A DNA stretch of 64,000 bases, taken from contig JAPLME010000011.1 in the NCBI GenBank assembly GCA_026387175.1, positions 129,856 to 193,855 on the forward strand. The letters run 5' to 3'. Below, piece by piece: positions 41,425 to 52,400 of this stretch. The translations under genes and the position numbers were made by a program. Positions within the stretch are counted from its first letter, which is position 1; each line of letters starts with the position of its first letter. This DNA is from Candidatus Omnitrophota bacterium. GTDB lineage: Bacteria > Omnitrophota > Gorgyraeia > 2-01-FULL-45-10. Under the pieces are notes generated by a model that saw only the letters and a program-made list of their open reading frames with translations, was not told the origin of the DNA and did not search any database.

Positions 41425-42198
41425 ATGAAACTGGATGAGATCAAGATTTCTAAGGCGATAATAGAGACCTATAATGACAAGCTTATAAAGGCTCTGGACG
41501 TCGATGTGGCCATCGTGGGCGCCGGGCCGGCAGGCATGGTCTGCGCATACTATCTGGCGAAGGCGAAGAAGCACGTCGTCATGTTCGAGAGAAAGCTGTC
41601 GGTGGGCGGCGGCATGTGGGGCGGCGGCATAATGTTCAATGAGATAGTTGTCCAGGAAGAGGCTAAAGAGATCCTGGATGAGCTCGGCGTCAGGACTCGG
41701 AAGTATGACAGCGATTACTATCTGTCGGATTCGATCGAAGCGGTGTCCACCATCTGTTCGAAGACGGTAAAGGCCGGCGCCCAGATCTTCAATCTTATAA
41801 GTGCCGAAGACATCATGATCAGACAGAAGAGGGTATGCGGGCTCGTCCTGAACTGGACGGCAGTCGAGATGGCAAAGCTTCACGTGGACCCCATCACGAT
41901 GAGGGCGAAATATGTCGTAGATGCTACGGGCCACGCCACCGAAGTCGCGCGCATCATCGAGAGAAAGTCCGGCATAAGCCTTAAGACCAAGACAGGCAAG
42001 ATCATGGGCGAGGGCTCTATGTGGGCGGATGTCGCCGAAAATATGACATTGAAGAATTCCAAGGAAGCCGCACCGGGCTTCTACGTCTGCGGCATGGCCG
42101 CCAACGCGGTATTCGGCGGACCGAGAATGGGCCCGATATTCGGAGGCATGCTCCTCTCCGGCAGGAAGGTGGCTAAAGACCTGATCAAGTTACTGTAG
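41425..42198 (+). CDS. thi4: Sulfide-dependent thiazole synthase Thi4
   Basis: [38 protein letters not shown]; under TPP riboswitch control. Confidence 0.95.
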   Translation: MKLDEIKISKAIIETYNDKLIKALDVDVAIVGAGPAGMVCAYYLAKAKKHVVMFERKLSVGGGMWGGGIMFNEIVVQEEAKEILDELGVRTRKYDSDYYLSDSIEAVSTICSKTVKAGAQIFNLISAEDIMIRQKRVCGLVLNWTAVEMAKLHVDPITMRAKYVVDATGHATEVARIIERKSGISLKTKTGKIMGEGSMWADVAENMTLKNSKEAAPGFYVCGMAANAVFGGPRMGPIFGGMLLSGRKVAKDLIKLL

Positions 42199-42275
42199 TT
42201 CAAAAATGTTAGGTAGGAAAAAGACAGCTTTCTTTCTATTAATTTAACAAACATGTGTGGTAAAATTTATCACAC

Positions 42276-45200
42276 ATGTTTGCCTATAGAACCACGCATA
42301 GCATATCACTAAAAGTTATAGCAATAGGCATGGTGTGCCTATTCTGCACGAACATAGTTGTCCTAGCCAACACAGATATCCTCGCTCCTATCGTCGGAAA
42401 TCCAGAAGTCTACAAAGCGATGCAGGGCATGATGGAAGAGCGGCTTGCTGTCCAGCAGAAACCGGCAAGTGAGCCATTTCAGCCAGAATTTGCGCTCAAA
42501 TTGCCGATCATTAAAATCGATCAGCCCGGCGCAGTTATATTTAACCCAAAGCTCAACTTCGTCCAGGGTAAGTCTTTGGACACCACCCTTATTAATACAA
42601 CGCGTTCTGCAGAAGAAGTGCGGGCGCTTTTAAAAAATATGCCGCGAGGCACGAAGCTCTTTATTAAGGGCCATCTCAGAGGCGTTGACGGCCCCGGCTC
42701 ATCTCTTGATTTGCCGGAATTCCAGATAAAACTTACGCCCCAGGGTAGTGTATTAATAGAACAGATCCCCTCCACTCCAACCCTTGCCAGCGAATTCAGT
42801 GTTACGGTACAGTTTGAGCTTCTGCCGGACAAAGATGATAGTGATGTGATCGAATACGTAGCTCCGGACTATGGCATTACCCAGGAGAAGCCCTACAGGG
42901 TTAAAGGCGGCGTCAAACTTAATACTGCCACTGAGGATACACCATGGGAGACGACGCCGAACGGCCAAAAGGACGGACCTGCGTTTATATTCCGGAACGT
43001 ATTCGGCCTCGGCGGTATACGCATAATCTGCGCGGATACTGACGCGATGGCTTTAGCCGGCGGTATGGAGTCGTCCAATGTATTTAATGTCGCTCTGATA
43101 GCCGCCGCGAGTATGTTAAGCGGCGCTAATCTATCGCAGGCAGATATATTCAGCCTCGCAGTGAAGCTTGAAAATAATGAATTTAAAGGATTGACGGGCG
43201 GTCAGGGACATCTTTGCTGTATGCTCGGAGGCGCTTACAGGCATTTATGGCTTTCGGGCCTGACCGACAATGCGGGTGAGTTGGTTAATCCTTATGCTGC
43301 GCTTTCAGTGCCATTTCTATCCGAGGGTCAGCTTAGCGCGATCGAGGATCACATGTTCCTCGTGCAGGCCGGAAAAGAATTCGAGAACGGCGAACCTAAG
43401 GTCAAGCGGACGGCATCCCTGATCAATTATATGTGGACCGACTTATTGAGGTATAACGATGCGGAAGGTTTAAGACTGCATCAGCAGAAGATAGCGCTCG
43501 CCGGGCAGTACACAAAGGCTCTGCAGGAAGGGAAATTCGAAGATGCGGTAACTGCCGTGAATAGATATGTTGATATCAGGGATGAACTGTGCCGCCGATG
43601 GATGGGCCTGGTGATAGATCATCATCTCGGTAGAGATGCGCCAGAATATGTGAAAAAATATTTTGCGCCGAAGGTTTTTGATAGATCGAACGAATATTAT
43701 GAGTTCTACGATGTGGTAAGGAATGTAATAAATAAGATGGACGAGCGCAGGGCAGAAGGCGCGCAAGACTATGAGACAATAGCGAAGAATACAAGTTTTT
43801 ATACTTACGAAGGCACAGGCGTTCTCGTGCAGAAAGCCAGGAAAGAGGGGATAGCTATCATGCCTCTGGGCGCCGGCGGGCCCGGAGCCAATCTTGTCGC
43901 GATATCTGCCCGTGGAAGCGCTCACCTGAAGAGTTTCCTGGAGCGGGAGGGCATATGGCAGTTTACGGCTGAAAAAGCCGAAGAGGCCAAGAAGATAATA
44001 AGAGGGTTTATAAAAACCGGAACGATCAGAGGATATATGCAGTTCAAGGTCGGCCGGGAAGGGCTAAAGATAGGCGGATTCGACAGCCTCACCGGCATTC
44101 GAGTGCCTGAAGGGCCGGTGCAGCTATCCAAGGTAGTCGGAACCAAAGCGGCGCCGGACTGGTGGTTAAAGAGGCAGATGGGCGGGATACTCTGCCCTCT
44201 CTTTTCTGGGAAGCGGCAAGGCGACCAGGGGATTGGCGATCTGAAGTGGCTTGAATCTTTCATCGATTTCATGTCGAAGCAGGACGCCGATTTTCTTGTG
44301 CAGCTGCCGACCACACAGATAAATCCGACCGATTCCTGCCCATATGTCAGCATAAGCTTATTTGCCAATAACGCTATCTGTTATCTCCCTCTCGACGAAC
44401 TTATTTCAGCTAAAGAAATGAGTAATTATCAGAAAGAGTTTGTGAAGATGTCCGCCGATGCGGATATGGCAAAAAAGTTAAACTCCGCTCTATCCGCCCA
44501 GAAAATAGACTACGCGATTATCGTGCCGTATAAAGAATATTGTCTGCGCCAGGAATTTGAGAAGTTGTATCCCGGCATCGCCCTAGGCGATAATTCGGGA
44601 TTCAATGCTTACGTGAAAGAGAATAAAGACTGGATAGAAGATTACTCTCTCTTCCACTCCTTATTAAATTATCACAACGGCCGGGCATGGTGGGAGTGGG
44701 ATCGTCAATATAAGGAAAGGGATGCTGAAGCGCTTAAGGCGTATAGTCAAAAAAATAAGAAAGAGATCCTATTTTATCAATATCTCCAGTGGCTATATTA
44801 CTCACGCTGGCAGAAGGTACGCGCGTATTCCCGCGAGAAAAACAAATTTATTATAGGCGATGCGCCTATATATCCTGCGCCTAATAGCGCGGATGTCTGG
44901 GTGAATCAGGATATCTTCGATATGGCCAAGAACGCAGGCGCGCCTGCCGAGCCCATAGCTCCCGACGGACAAAATTGGGGAACGCATCCTTACAGATGGG
45001 ACGAAAACTACTATAAAGTGATCGGATTCTGGGAGAAGCGCATAAGATATATGGCGCGATTCTATGATGGAATAAGAATAGATCATCTGCTCGGTTTGTG
45101 CTCGGAGTGGCTTATAGATGTCGGCCAGCATCCTAAGACAGGAAAATTTTATCCTGAATCTCTGGAAGCAGGGGCTGCGATGGGCGAGAAGATCCTCCGC

Positions 45201-46235
45201 CACCTGGCAAAAGCAGCCGAAGAAGAAAATATACTGCTTATCGGCGAAGATATAGGCTATAGAGACCATATTATAAGGGAGATGATAGATAACCTCTCGC
45301 TGGAACTGCCGAATCTATTTTTATATAATCCCGTTGGCTGGCGGCAAAAACATATGGCTAATAGGCCCCATACCATGGTCGTGGACGCGACACATGACAC
45401 GCCGGCCACATTTGCCGAGCGTTATGACGGATTGCATGATGGGGACCGCGGTCAGGTGAGAGACTTTTTAGATGTGCACGGCATTCAACCGGTTTCCGAA
45501 GACGCAAACCATATGGAAGAGCAAGTTATCGCGGCAATGGAAAGGGAGAGTTTTTATTGCCTCACTTTGCAGACAATAGTGGGAGAAAGAGATGCGCAAG
45601 TAAATGTACCTGGCGAAGTAGGGCCGCATAACTGGTCGTGGCGGGCGCCGCCGGTGGAAGAACTTTTAAAAATGGAGCACCTCGGTTATTTCCCGAAGCC
45701 GGCCAGTGCCACAAAAGAAGTTATAGGGGCGCTTCCGCAGGAATGGCTAAATGATGGGAATAAATTCAATGCCGCCGAATTCATTAAATATCTATCCAGC
45801 CTTCCTCGCAATAATAATAGAATCCTCGAACAAGATAAAACAGCATTTATATTTTCAGAAAACGTCACCTTCGCTAATGGCTTGGGGGTGCTCTTACCGA
45901 AATTAGTTAAATCCGGTATGAAAGTGGCGGTAATAGCTACCAATGACAAGGAGAGGGCGTTGATCGACGAGTTAAATCAAAATAAACCTGATGATGAAAG
46001 AATAATTTATGCTGACACAATCATTGAGGCAAGAATAAAGGCCAAAACGGCAAGGTATTATTACTTTAAAGTTAATGGCGATCCTGATACGGATTTGTAT
46101 AACGTCACTACATTCGATATAACGGACATAGTTAAGAAGATAATAGATGCTATAGGCAAAGTCAGCGGCATAGTGGAGCGCGAGAGGCTGGAGCTTCTCC
46201 ATGAGGCGGCCCGGAAATTCGCGCAAGCCGCATAA
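42276..46235 (+). CDS. 1319-aa exported fusion: GHMP-kinase-like domain + GH77 4-alpha-glucanotransferase
   Basis: Signal-like N-terminus; AGGMESS / TGGQG / LGAGGPG; GIGD, GDAPIY, GQNWG, RIDH, GEDIG, THD, NVPG..NWSWR. Confidence 0.85.
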   Translation: MFAYRTTHSISLKVIAIGMVCLFCTNIVVLANTDILAPIVGNPEVYKAMQGMMEERLAVQQKPASEPFQPEFALKLPIIKIDQPGAVIFNPKLNFVQGKSLDTTLINTTRSAEEVRALLKNMPRGTKLFIKGHLRGVDGPGSSLDLPEFQIKLTPQGSVLIEQIPSTPTLASEFSVTVQFELLPDKDDSDVIEYVAPDYGITQEKPYRVKGGVKLNTATEDTPWETTPNGQKDGPAFIFRNVFGLGGIRIICADTDAMALAGGMESSNVFNVALIAAASMLSGANLSQADIFSLAVKLENNEFKGLTGGQGHLCCMLGGAYRHLWLSGLTDNAGELVNPYAALSVPFLSEGQLSAIEDHMFLVQAGKEFENGEPKVKRTASLINYMWTDLLRYNDAEGLRLHQQKIALAGQYTKALQEGKFEDAVTAVNRYVDIRDELCRRWMGLVIDHHLGRDAPEYVKKYFAPKVFDRSNEYYEFYDVVRNVINKMDERRAEGAQDYETIAKNTSFYTYEGTGVLVQKARKEGIAIMPLGAGGPGANLVAISARGSAHLKSFLEREGIWQFTAEKAEEAKKIIRGFIKTGTIRGYMQFKVGREGLKIGGFDSLTGIRVPEGPVQLSKVVGTKAAPDWWLKRQMGGILCPLFSGKRQGDQGIGDLKWLESFIDFMSKQDADFLVQLPTTQINPTDSCPYVSISLFANNAICYLPLDELISAKEMSNYQKEFVKMSADADMAKKLNSALSAQKIDYAIIVPYKEYCLRQEFEKLYPGIALGDNSGFNAYVKENKDWIEDYSLFHSLLNYHNGRAWWEWDRQYKERDAEALKAYSQKNKKEILFYQYLQWLYYSRWQKVRAYSREKNKFIIGDAPIYPAPNSADVWVNQDIFDMAKNAGAPAEPIAPDGQNWGTHPYRWDENYYKVIGFWEKRIRYMARFYDGIRIDHLLGLCSEWLIDVGQHPKTGKFYPESLEAGAAMGEKILRHLAKAAEEENILLIGEDIGYRDHIIREMIDNLSLELPNLFLYNPVGWRQKHMANRPHTMVVDATHDTPATFAERYDGLHDGDRGQVRDFLDVHGIQPVSEDANHMEEQVIAAMERESFYCLTLQTIVGERDAQVNVPGEVGPHNWSWRAPPVEELLKMEHLGYFPKPASATKEVIGALPQEWLNDGNKFNAAEFIKYLSSLPRNNNRILEQDKTAFIFSENVTFANGLGVLLPKLVKSGMKVAVIATNDKERALIDELNQNKPDDERIIYADTIIEARIKAKTARYYYFKVNGDPDTDLYNVTTFDITDIVKKIIDAIGKVSGIVERERLELLHEAARKFAQAA

Positions 46236-46313
46236 TTGTTTAGCCGCACCCCTTGTTTTTCCTATAAACCGTGCTATACTTTAGTTAAGACGCTTATGAG
46301 CGTCAAAGAAGTT

Positions 46314-46362
46314 CGCCCGTCTATCGGATAAATTAAGACGATTTACGATAGACGGGCTTTTT
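46314..46362 (+). terminator. Strong hairpin with U-tract upstream of the giant gene
   Basis: GCCCGTCTATCG...CGATAGACGGGC-TTTTT. Confidence 0.7.
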
Positions 46363-46402
46363 AATGCCTAAATGGCCGATTTGATAAATAATCAAATTAT
46401 TC

Positions 46403-46431
46403 TTGACAAAAAGTAAATAATGTGGTATGCT
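46403..46431 (+). promoter_or_regulatory. Sigma70 promoter of the giant gene
   Basis: TTGACA-17 bp-TATGCT with extended -10 TG. Confidence 0.65.
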
Positions 46432-46447
46432 TGTCTTGCAATGAAAA

Positions 46448-49400
46448 GTGAGACAGGACATGATAACCACACTGAAGACTAAAGCACCTTTTAAGGCTAT
46501 GGCGCTCGCCATAGCCTTTTCTTTTCTATGGCAGCAGATCTTATGGGCCGGTGATCTGGCAGCCACCACCCTCGAAAACTTGAATCAAGAACAATCCCAA
46601 ACCTTTGCGCCCGACTATCTTCAAAATCAGCAGACGGCCAGCCAGAGCATGATAACCCAGAAGCAGGATGTGGAAGATACCATCAATTCGCAGGCCCAAA
46701 CCGCAAACAATATCTCCGGCAATACAAAAGAATCCTCCGATAACTCTATAGAATTACAGGGCCCGAAATCGGCCTCTTCCGGCCAGGCCGGGGCAACCTC
46801 ATCTTCCACTATAATAGAGGAAGCTGCGAATGCGCCTGAAGGCGACGGCGCGATACTTTCCGTGACTACAGGAGATGGCGATATCGTGCATTATGCGGAT
46901 GGCGCGATAAGTTCCATTGAGAAGAAAGACGGTACGGTATTACGTGATCTCGTAATAGGCGAGAATAACGAGCTTATCGCCGCGAATATAACATATAAGG
47001 ATGATACCAATGAGATCGTCGCAAACGGTAAAGTGGCCAGGCTAACAAAACCCGATGGCACGGTCTTCGAATACAGTGGTGAACTGATCACGAGGGCGAC
47101 CTATCCGGACCCTGACAATCCGGAAGGAAATGTTGTCGACTATTTTTACTCTGTAGATAATGACAATAATATCATTGAAACAAAGCTTAAAGATTCTGAA
47201 AAATCATCTTTTTATGACAAAAACGGCGCGCTTATAAGAGTCGAATTTAATACCGGGAAAGTAATTGAATACGATAGCGATAAAAACGACGATACCGATA
47301 ACGGCATTCTTTCGAAAGTCATTACCGAAGATGGGAAGATATACATTTATGAGAAGAGCGAAGATGCCATTGACGGAGAGACGGTGTACACCGTTAAATT
47401 GAAGGAGATAAGAGACGGCGAAGGGAATACATTCCGGCTTGAAGATAATAATATCACGGAGATAGAGCTCTCAGATGGCACCATATTAAGAAACTTCGAG
47501 CTTGATTCTTCCGGTAACCTGGTCTCCGGAAATATAATATATAAAGATAACCCGACGCTCCGGTCCATTCTGGTCGAGAATAAAAGGGTCAAAGAAGTAA
47601 ATGATGTAAATGGCGTCAGGACCACGTATCGTTACGACCGGATTAATGAGGCAGGGGATATCGTAAACGCTACCATCGAGATAGACGACGGCTCCTCCGC
47701 CGTAGAAACATACACTTACACGAAGGACGAAGAGACGCTCGGCGTCACCATAACAAACGGCGATAGGACATGGAAATATAACTCCGCCTGGGTCCTGGAA
47801 AGTTTCAGCGACAGTGAGGGGGCCATAAAGCATCACTATTCACCCCTTGCCGTTTATGCGGGATCGACCTTCACATTAAGTGACGGCACCATTAAGGAAT
47901 ATAACGATAATAAGAGCCTGATAAAAACAATCCTTACTGACGGCACTGCTTATGAATATTATCAAAGCGGCAAATTTGCCGGGAAGCTTCAGAAGGAGGT
48001 GTCCCCTGACGGCAAAAGCATCATTTACGACTATAAGATAACGCCTGAAGGTGATCTCGTCGTTTACAAAAGAACGTCATATGACAAGAGCTCATCCTAC
48101 AAAAGCTATTATGCTACCGACAACGTAAATTACACTACAAATCCCACGCTTAAAGCGAGTTTTAATTTAGACAGCGACAAGACATATTCTTCCGCCTATG
48201 CGAGCGCGTCCTATTATAACTACAATGATAAATCGGTAAGCCTCTCTTTAAGCTTCTACAATGAAAAACCCTATCTCTATTACTATTCCTATAATTACAA
48301 AACCAAACAATATGTTTACGACTATAAGCAGCTGGATATAACCATAAATAAAGACACGGATTACACCGTAGAATATATATGGACCTCTACGGGTGTTAAT
48401 ATATATCTGTATAAATCCTCCGGAACGAGGCCCGGGACTGCTCTATACACGATAGCCGATAATAAATGGAACCCGGTTTTCTCCTTAAGCGGCAGCAACG
48501 CCCATTTAACACTAGACCCTTCCTCGAGCGGCACATACACAGGAAGCGAAAGCGTCTCCACGGATTATAATAATCCGCTAAAGGGCGGCCCTATGTACGC
48601 CGCTGAATTCACCTTCGACCAGAATGCCGCCTCCAGGTCCTTATATTATAGTGTTTATGGCAACAACAGCGCTTCTTACGATTCTATATACTTTAATTAT
48701 TACAATAATACTCCGAGCTTAAGCGTCTATCACTACGACTACAAGACCTACCAGTACACAAATAAGACTATTCCCGTAAATGTCGCCTTTAATAAGGGCG
48801 CGACCTATGTCATGCAGACAAAGATGGAAGACAATGTTCTAAAACTTTATATCTACGAGAAAGGTACCGCGCCGGGCGATCCCATCTATACTATCGAGAA
48901 CGCCGTCTGGAACCCGCAAGTCTATTCGACGATAAGCGGCGGCCGGATGAATGTCGAGGCGTACGATAACCTGGAAGTGTATAAATATGGCGATGCAGAT
49001 GGGACCTTACTTGAGCGCAATAGCTACGCGGACAAGGCCCTCCTTACCTATATATACGATGACGCGAGAGAGGTGATAGGGAAGAAGCTCGCCCTGGAAG
49101 ACGGCACAAAAAAGATATATGATGCGTATAATAAACTCTTGACCGAGACAAAAGCGAATGGTGAGATCGCGGCATATGAATACGACGCTTCAGGTAACGT
49201 CATATCTATAACTCCCCGCTTTCCGGACGGCACCGGCTACACATATTACGATTCCGGGGCCTTCCAGGGCAAGCTCAAATCCGCGGCCATTCCCGATGGA
49301 AAAGTCGTATACTACGATTATGCCGTAAATGAAAACGGCAATCTCCAGGTATATAAAAGAGTATCATATGACAAATCTAACCTTTATCAGAGCATTTATT

Positions 49401-52400
49401 CTAATAATTACATACCGGCTTCCATAAACCCCGCCATAAAGGCCTCGTTTAAATTGGACAGTTTAAAAACATACTCCTCGATCTACATGAGCGCTTACTA
49501 TTATAACTACAACGATAAGTCTGTGAGCCTTTCATTAAATATCTACGGCCAAAAACCAACCCTATATTATTACTATTATGATTACAAGACCAGGAAGACC
49601 GTAAGTGATAATAAAGAACTGAATATAACTGTAAATAGGAATGTCGTTTATAGCATAGAATTTGCATGGAGCCAGAATGGCATTAATATATACCTGTATG
49701 AAGCGTCCGAAGGCCGACCGTCCGATCCCGTCTATACGATAGCTAATTCGAACTGGAACCCGCGTTTCTCATTAAGCGGCAGTAACGCTAATATTATTTT
49801 TGACCCGACTTCAAGCGGAACTTATACTAACTCGAAGAGTGTATCGACGGATTATAATAATCCGTTAAAGAATAGTCCGATACATACGGCCACATTCACA
49901 TTTGATTCGAATGCCGCTTATAAATCGCTTTACTACGGTGTTTACGGTTACTCATCCTCATCCAGCGATTCGCTATATTTAAATTACTATAATAATACTC
50001 TTACTCTGTGGGCATATCACTATGACTATAAGACCTATAAGTACACCAATACCACTATCCCGTTAAATATCAAAATTAAAGATAATACCGCCTACACCCT
50101 TAAGACCAAGATCGAAAATAATACGCTCAAGTTTTACATATATGAGGCGCTCACTGCGCCGGCGGATCCCGTATATACGATAGAAAACGTGTCGTGGGAT
50201 CCTCAAGTTTACGCCAGTATCTCCGGCGGTGATATGAATGTAGAGGCGTGCGACCATCTGGAGACGTACGAGTACAATACCACCGCCGGCATTATGCTCG
50301 ATCAAGACGCTGAAGCGCGTTTAAGGAATAAGAATATCGTTATCGACGACCCATATAGCGCGATACCAGAGTATGCGCTCCTCTCTGATGCCCCCATGGT
50401 ATTTCCAAACGGAAGAACTGATATCATAAATGCCGTTAATCCGAATATGGATTTTTCAATAAGCCTGCCGGCTGGCGATCCGGACAATAACCCGTATTTC
50501 GATACGATAAAATATGATCAGAATAGAGTCCTGAAAGAGATCCTGAAGCCCAGTGGCGAGAAGATATCATATAGAGACGGGCTGGTAGATAATATTTTAA
50601 GCTCTTCCAGCACGACTTCTTATGGCTATCGTTTAAGCGGTCTTGGTAACGTGGATGAGATAACGGTCGACCGCGACGGCATAAAACGCATTTACGACAA
50701 ATACGGCAATATAAAGAGCTTAAGCCTCGATGACGCGACTAAGATCGTATATGAAAACGGCAAGGTCAAAGAGATCCAGAAAGCCGACGGCACGACGCTA
50801 AAGAATATGACGTTCCGCGACTCCGGAGAGCTTGATAGCGCGCTCGTATCTTATCCGGACGGAAGCCTCGCCCTTTACGATGACGCGAAACTCCTTCAAG
50901 CCATCAGCGCGTCCGGCGATATAACAGATTACAGCGATGGGAAGATCCGCAAAGTTACGCTCGAAGACGGCACCGTATACGACTGGTCTTATAGTGGCGA
51001 TAATATAGTGATCTTAGATAACGCTAAAAGCGAGAAGAGGACATATCTCGAAGGCAAGCTTATCAGTCTCGAGGAATTAGCGGGCTCTAAGCTAATTACA
51101 CGATATTATTATGATGGCACCTCAGGAGATCTTACTAAATCGGAGATATGCCGGAATAATGAAATTCTCTACACATACACTTATACATATGAAGACGGCC
51201 TTACTCTCGTTCGCGATGAGGATGGCAATGTCCAGGCCTACACCAAAGATAAAAAACTATCCTATATAATCGATTCCAAGGGTCGGAAATATTCCTATAC
51301 CTATGTCGGCAAGAACGAAGGTTATGTAGAAGTATATTTCCCATCGGGAAATAAGGCGAAGTATGACTTAAGCGGCAATATCATCGAGATCACAAAATCC
51401 GACGGCACGGTGATAAAAGACATTACCTTTTATAGCGATAATACTCCGCGAAACTTCACCTATATTAAGGACGGCGCTACATACAAGGTGGAAGAGGGGA
51501 AGATAGGGGAGATGCTATCGAAGGATGGCGTAAAGACCGTATATTACGATAACGGTTTTGTGAAATCGTTTGAGACAGAAGCCGGGGATCTGACAGAATA
51601 TCAATATTTCGTGAAAGACAGTAAGGTGTTTAACAGTTCATCCGCGCTTTTGGATGGTGATTTTAACCAGGTCAGTCTTTTTAATTCAAATTCCACCACT
51701 TATCTCACGCTATCTCAGGATTCGCTCCGGTTCGGAACCGGGACCGACGGTGTGAAGCACGTAACCGCCAATGAGACATTGGAAGCCGGCACATACAACT
51801 TTGAATCGCTTATGATTGATGCGGGGAAGACTTTAACGATTGCTTCCGGCGCTATCATAAAGGTGCTGGGTACAATTACCGTGAATGGCGCCATATTCTG
51901 CGGCGGTTCTTTAGATATATACGCCCCCAGTTTCAATGTAGGCGCTTCCGGATCCGTCACAGGCGCAGTAAATATCAAGTGTAATACAATAAATAACGCC
52001 GGTATTATAACCGGTAACGCCTCGATAACAGGAACGCTTAGTAACGGCGCGAATGAATTGGATAGAGACGATAGTTTTAGCGGCTGGGCCCATTACCTTG
52101 ATTATAATCCGGGCTCTGGGGCGCTCTCGCCGCGCATAACATTCCCTTCATGCACCATTAGCTCTGTAAAGTGGCAAGCAGGTGGCGGCGGAAGCGGAGA
52201 TAGCCAGGGATACGGTATTCTCTATCTTTATATAGACGGAGTTAAGACCCAAGTCTCACCGACATACTATTGGGGAAGGTGCCCCGGCAGTTTTAATACA
52301 GGCGTCGCTACGATAAACGGATCCTGGAATAATGTTACCGGCATTGAGTATTATATCGAGACGGATTCAACTATAGGTGTGGCTAGAGCTTATGGATACG

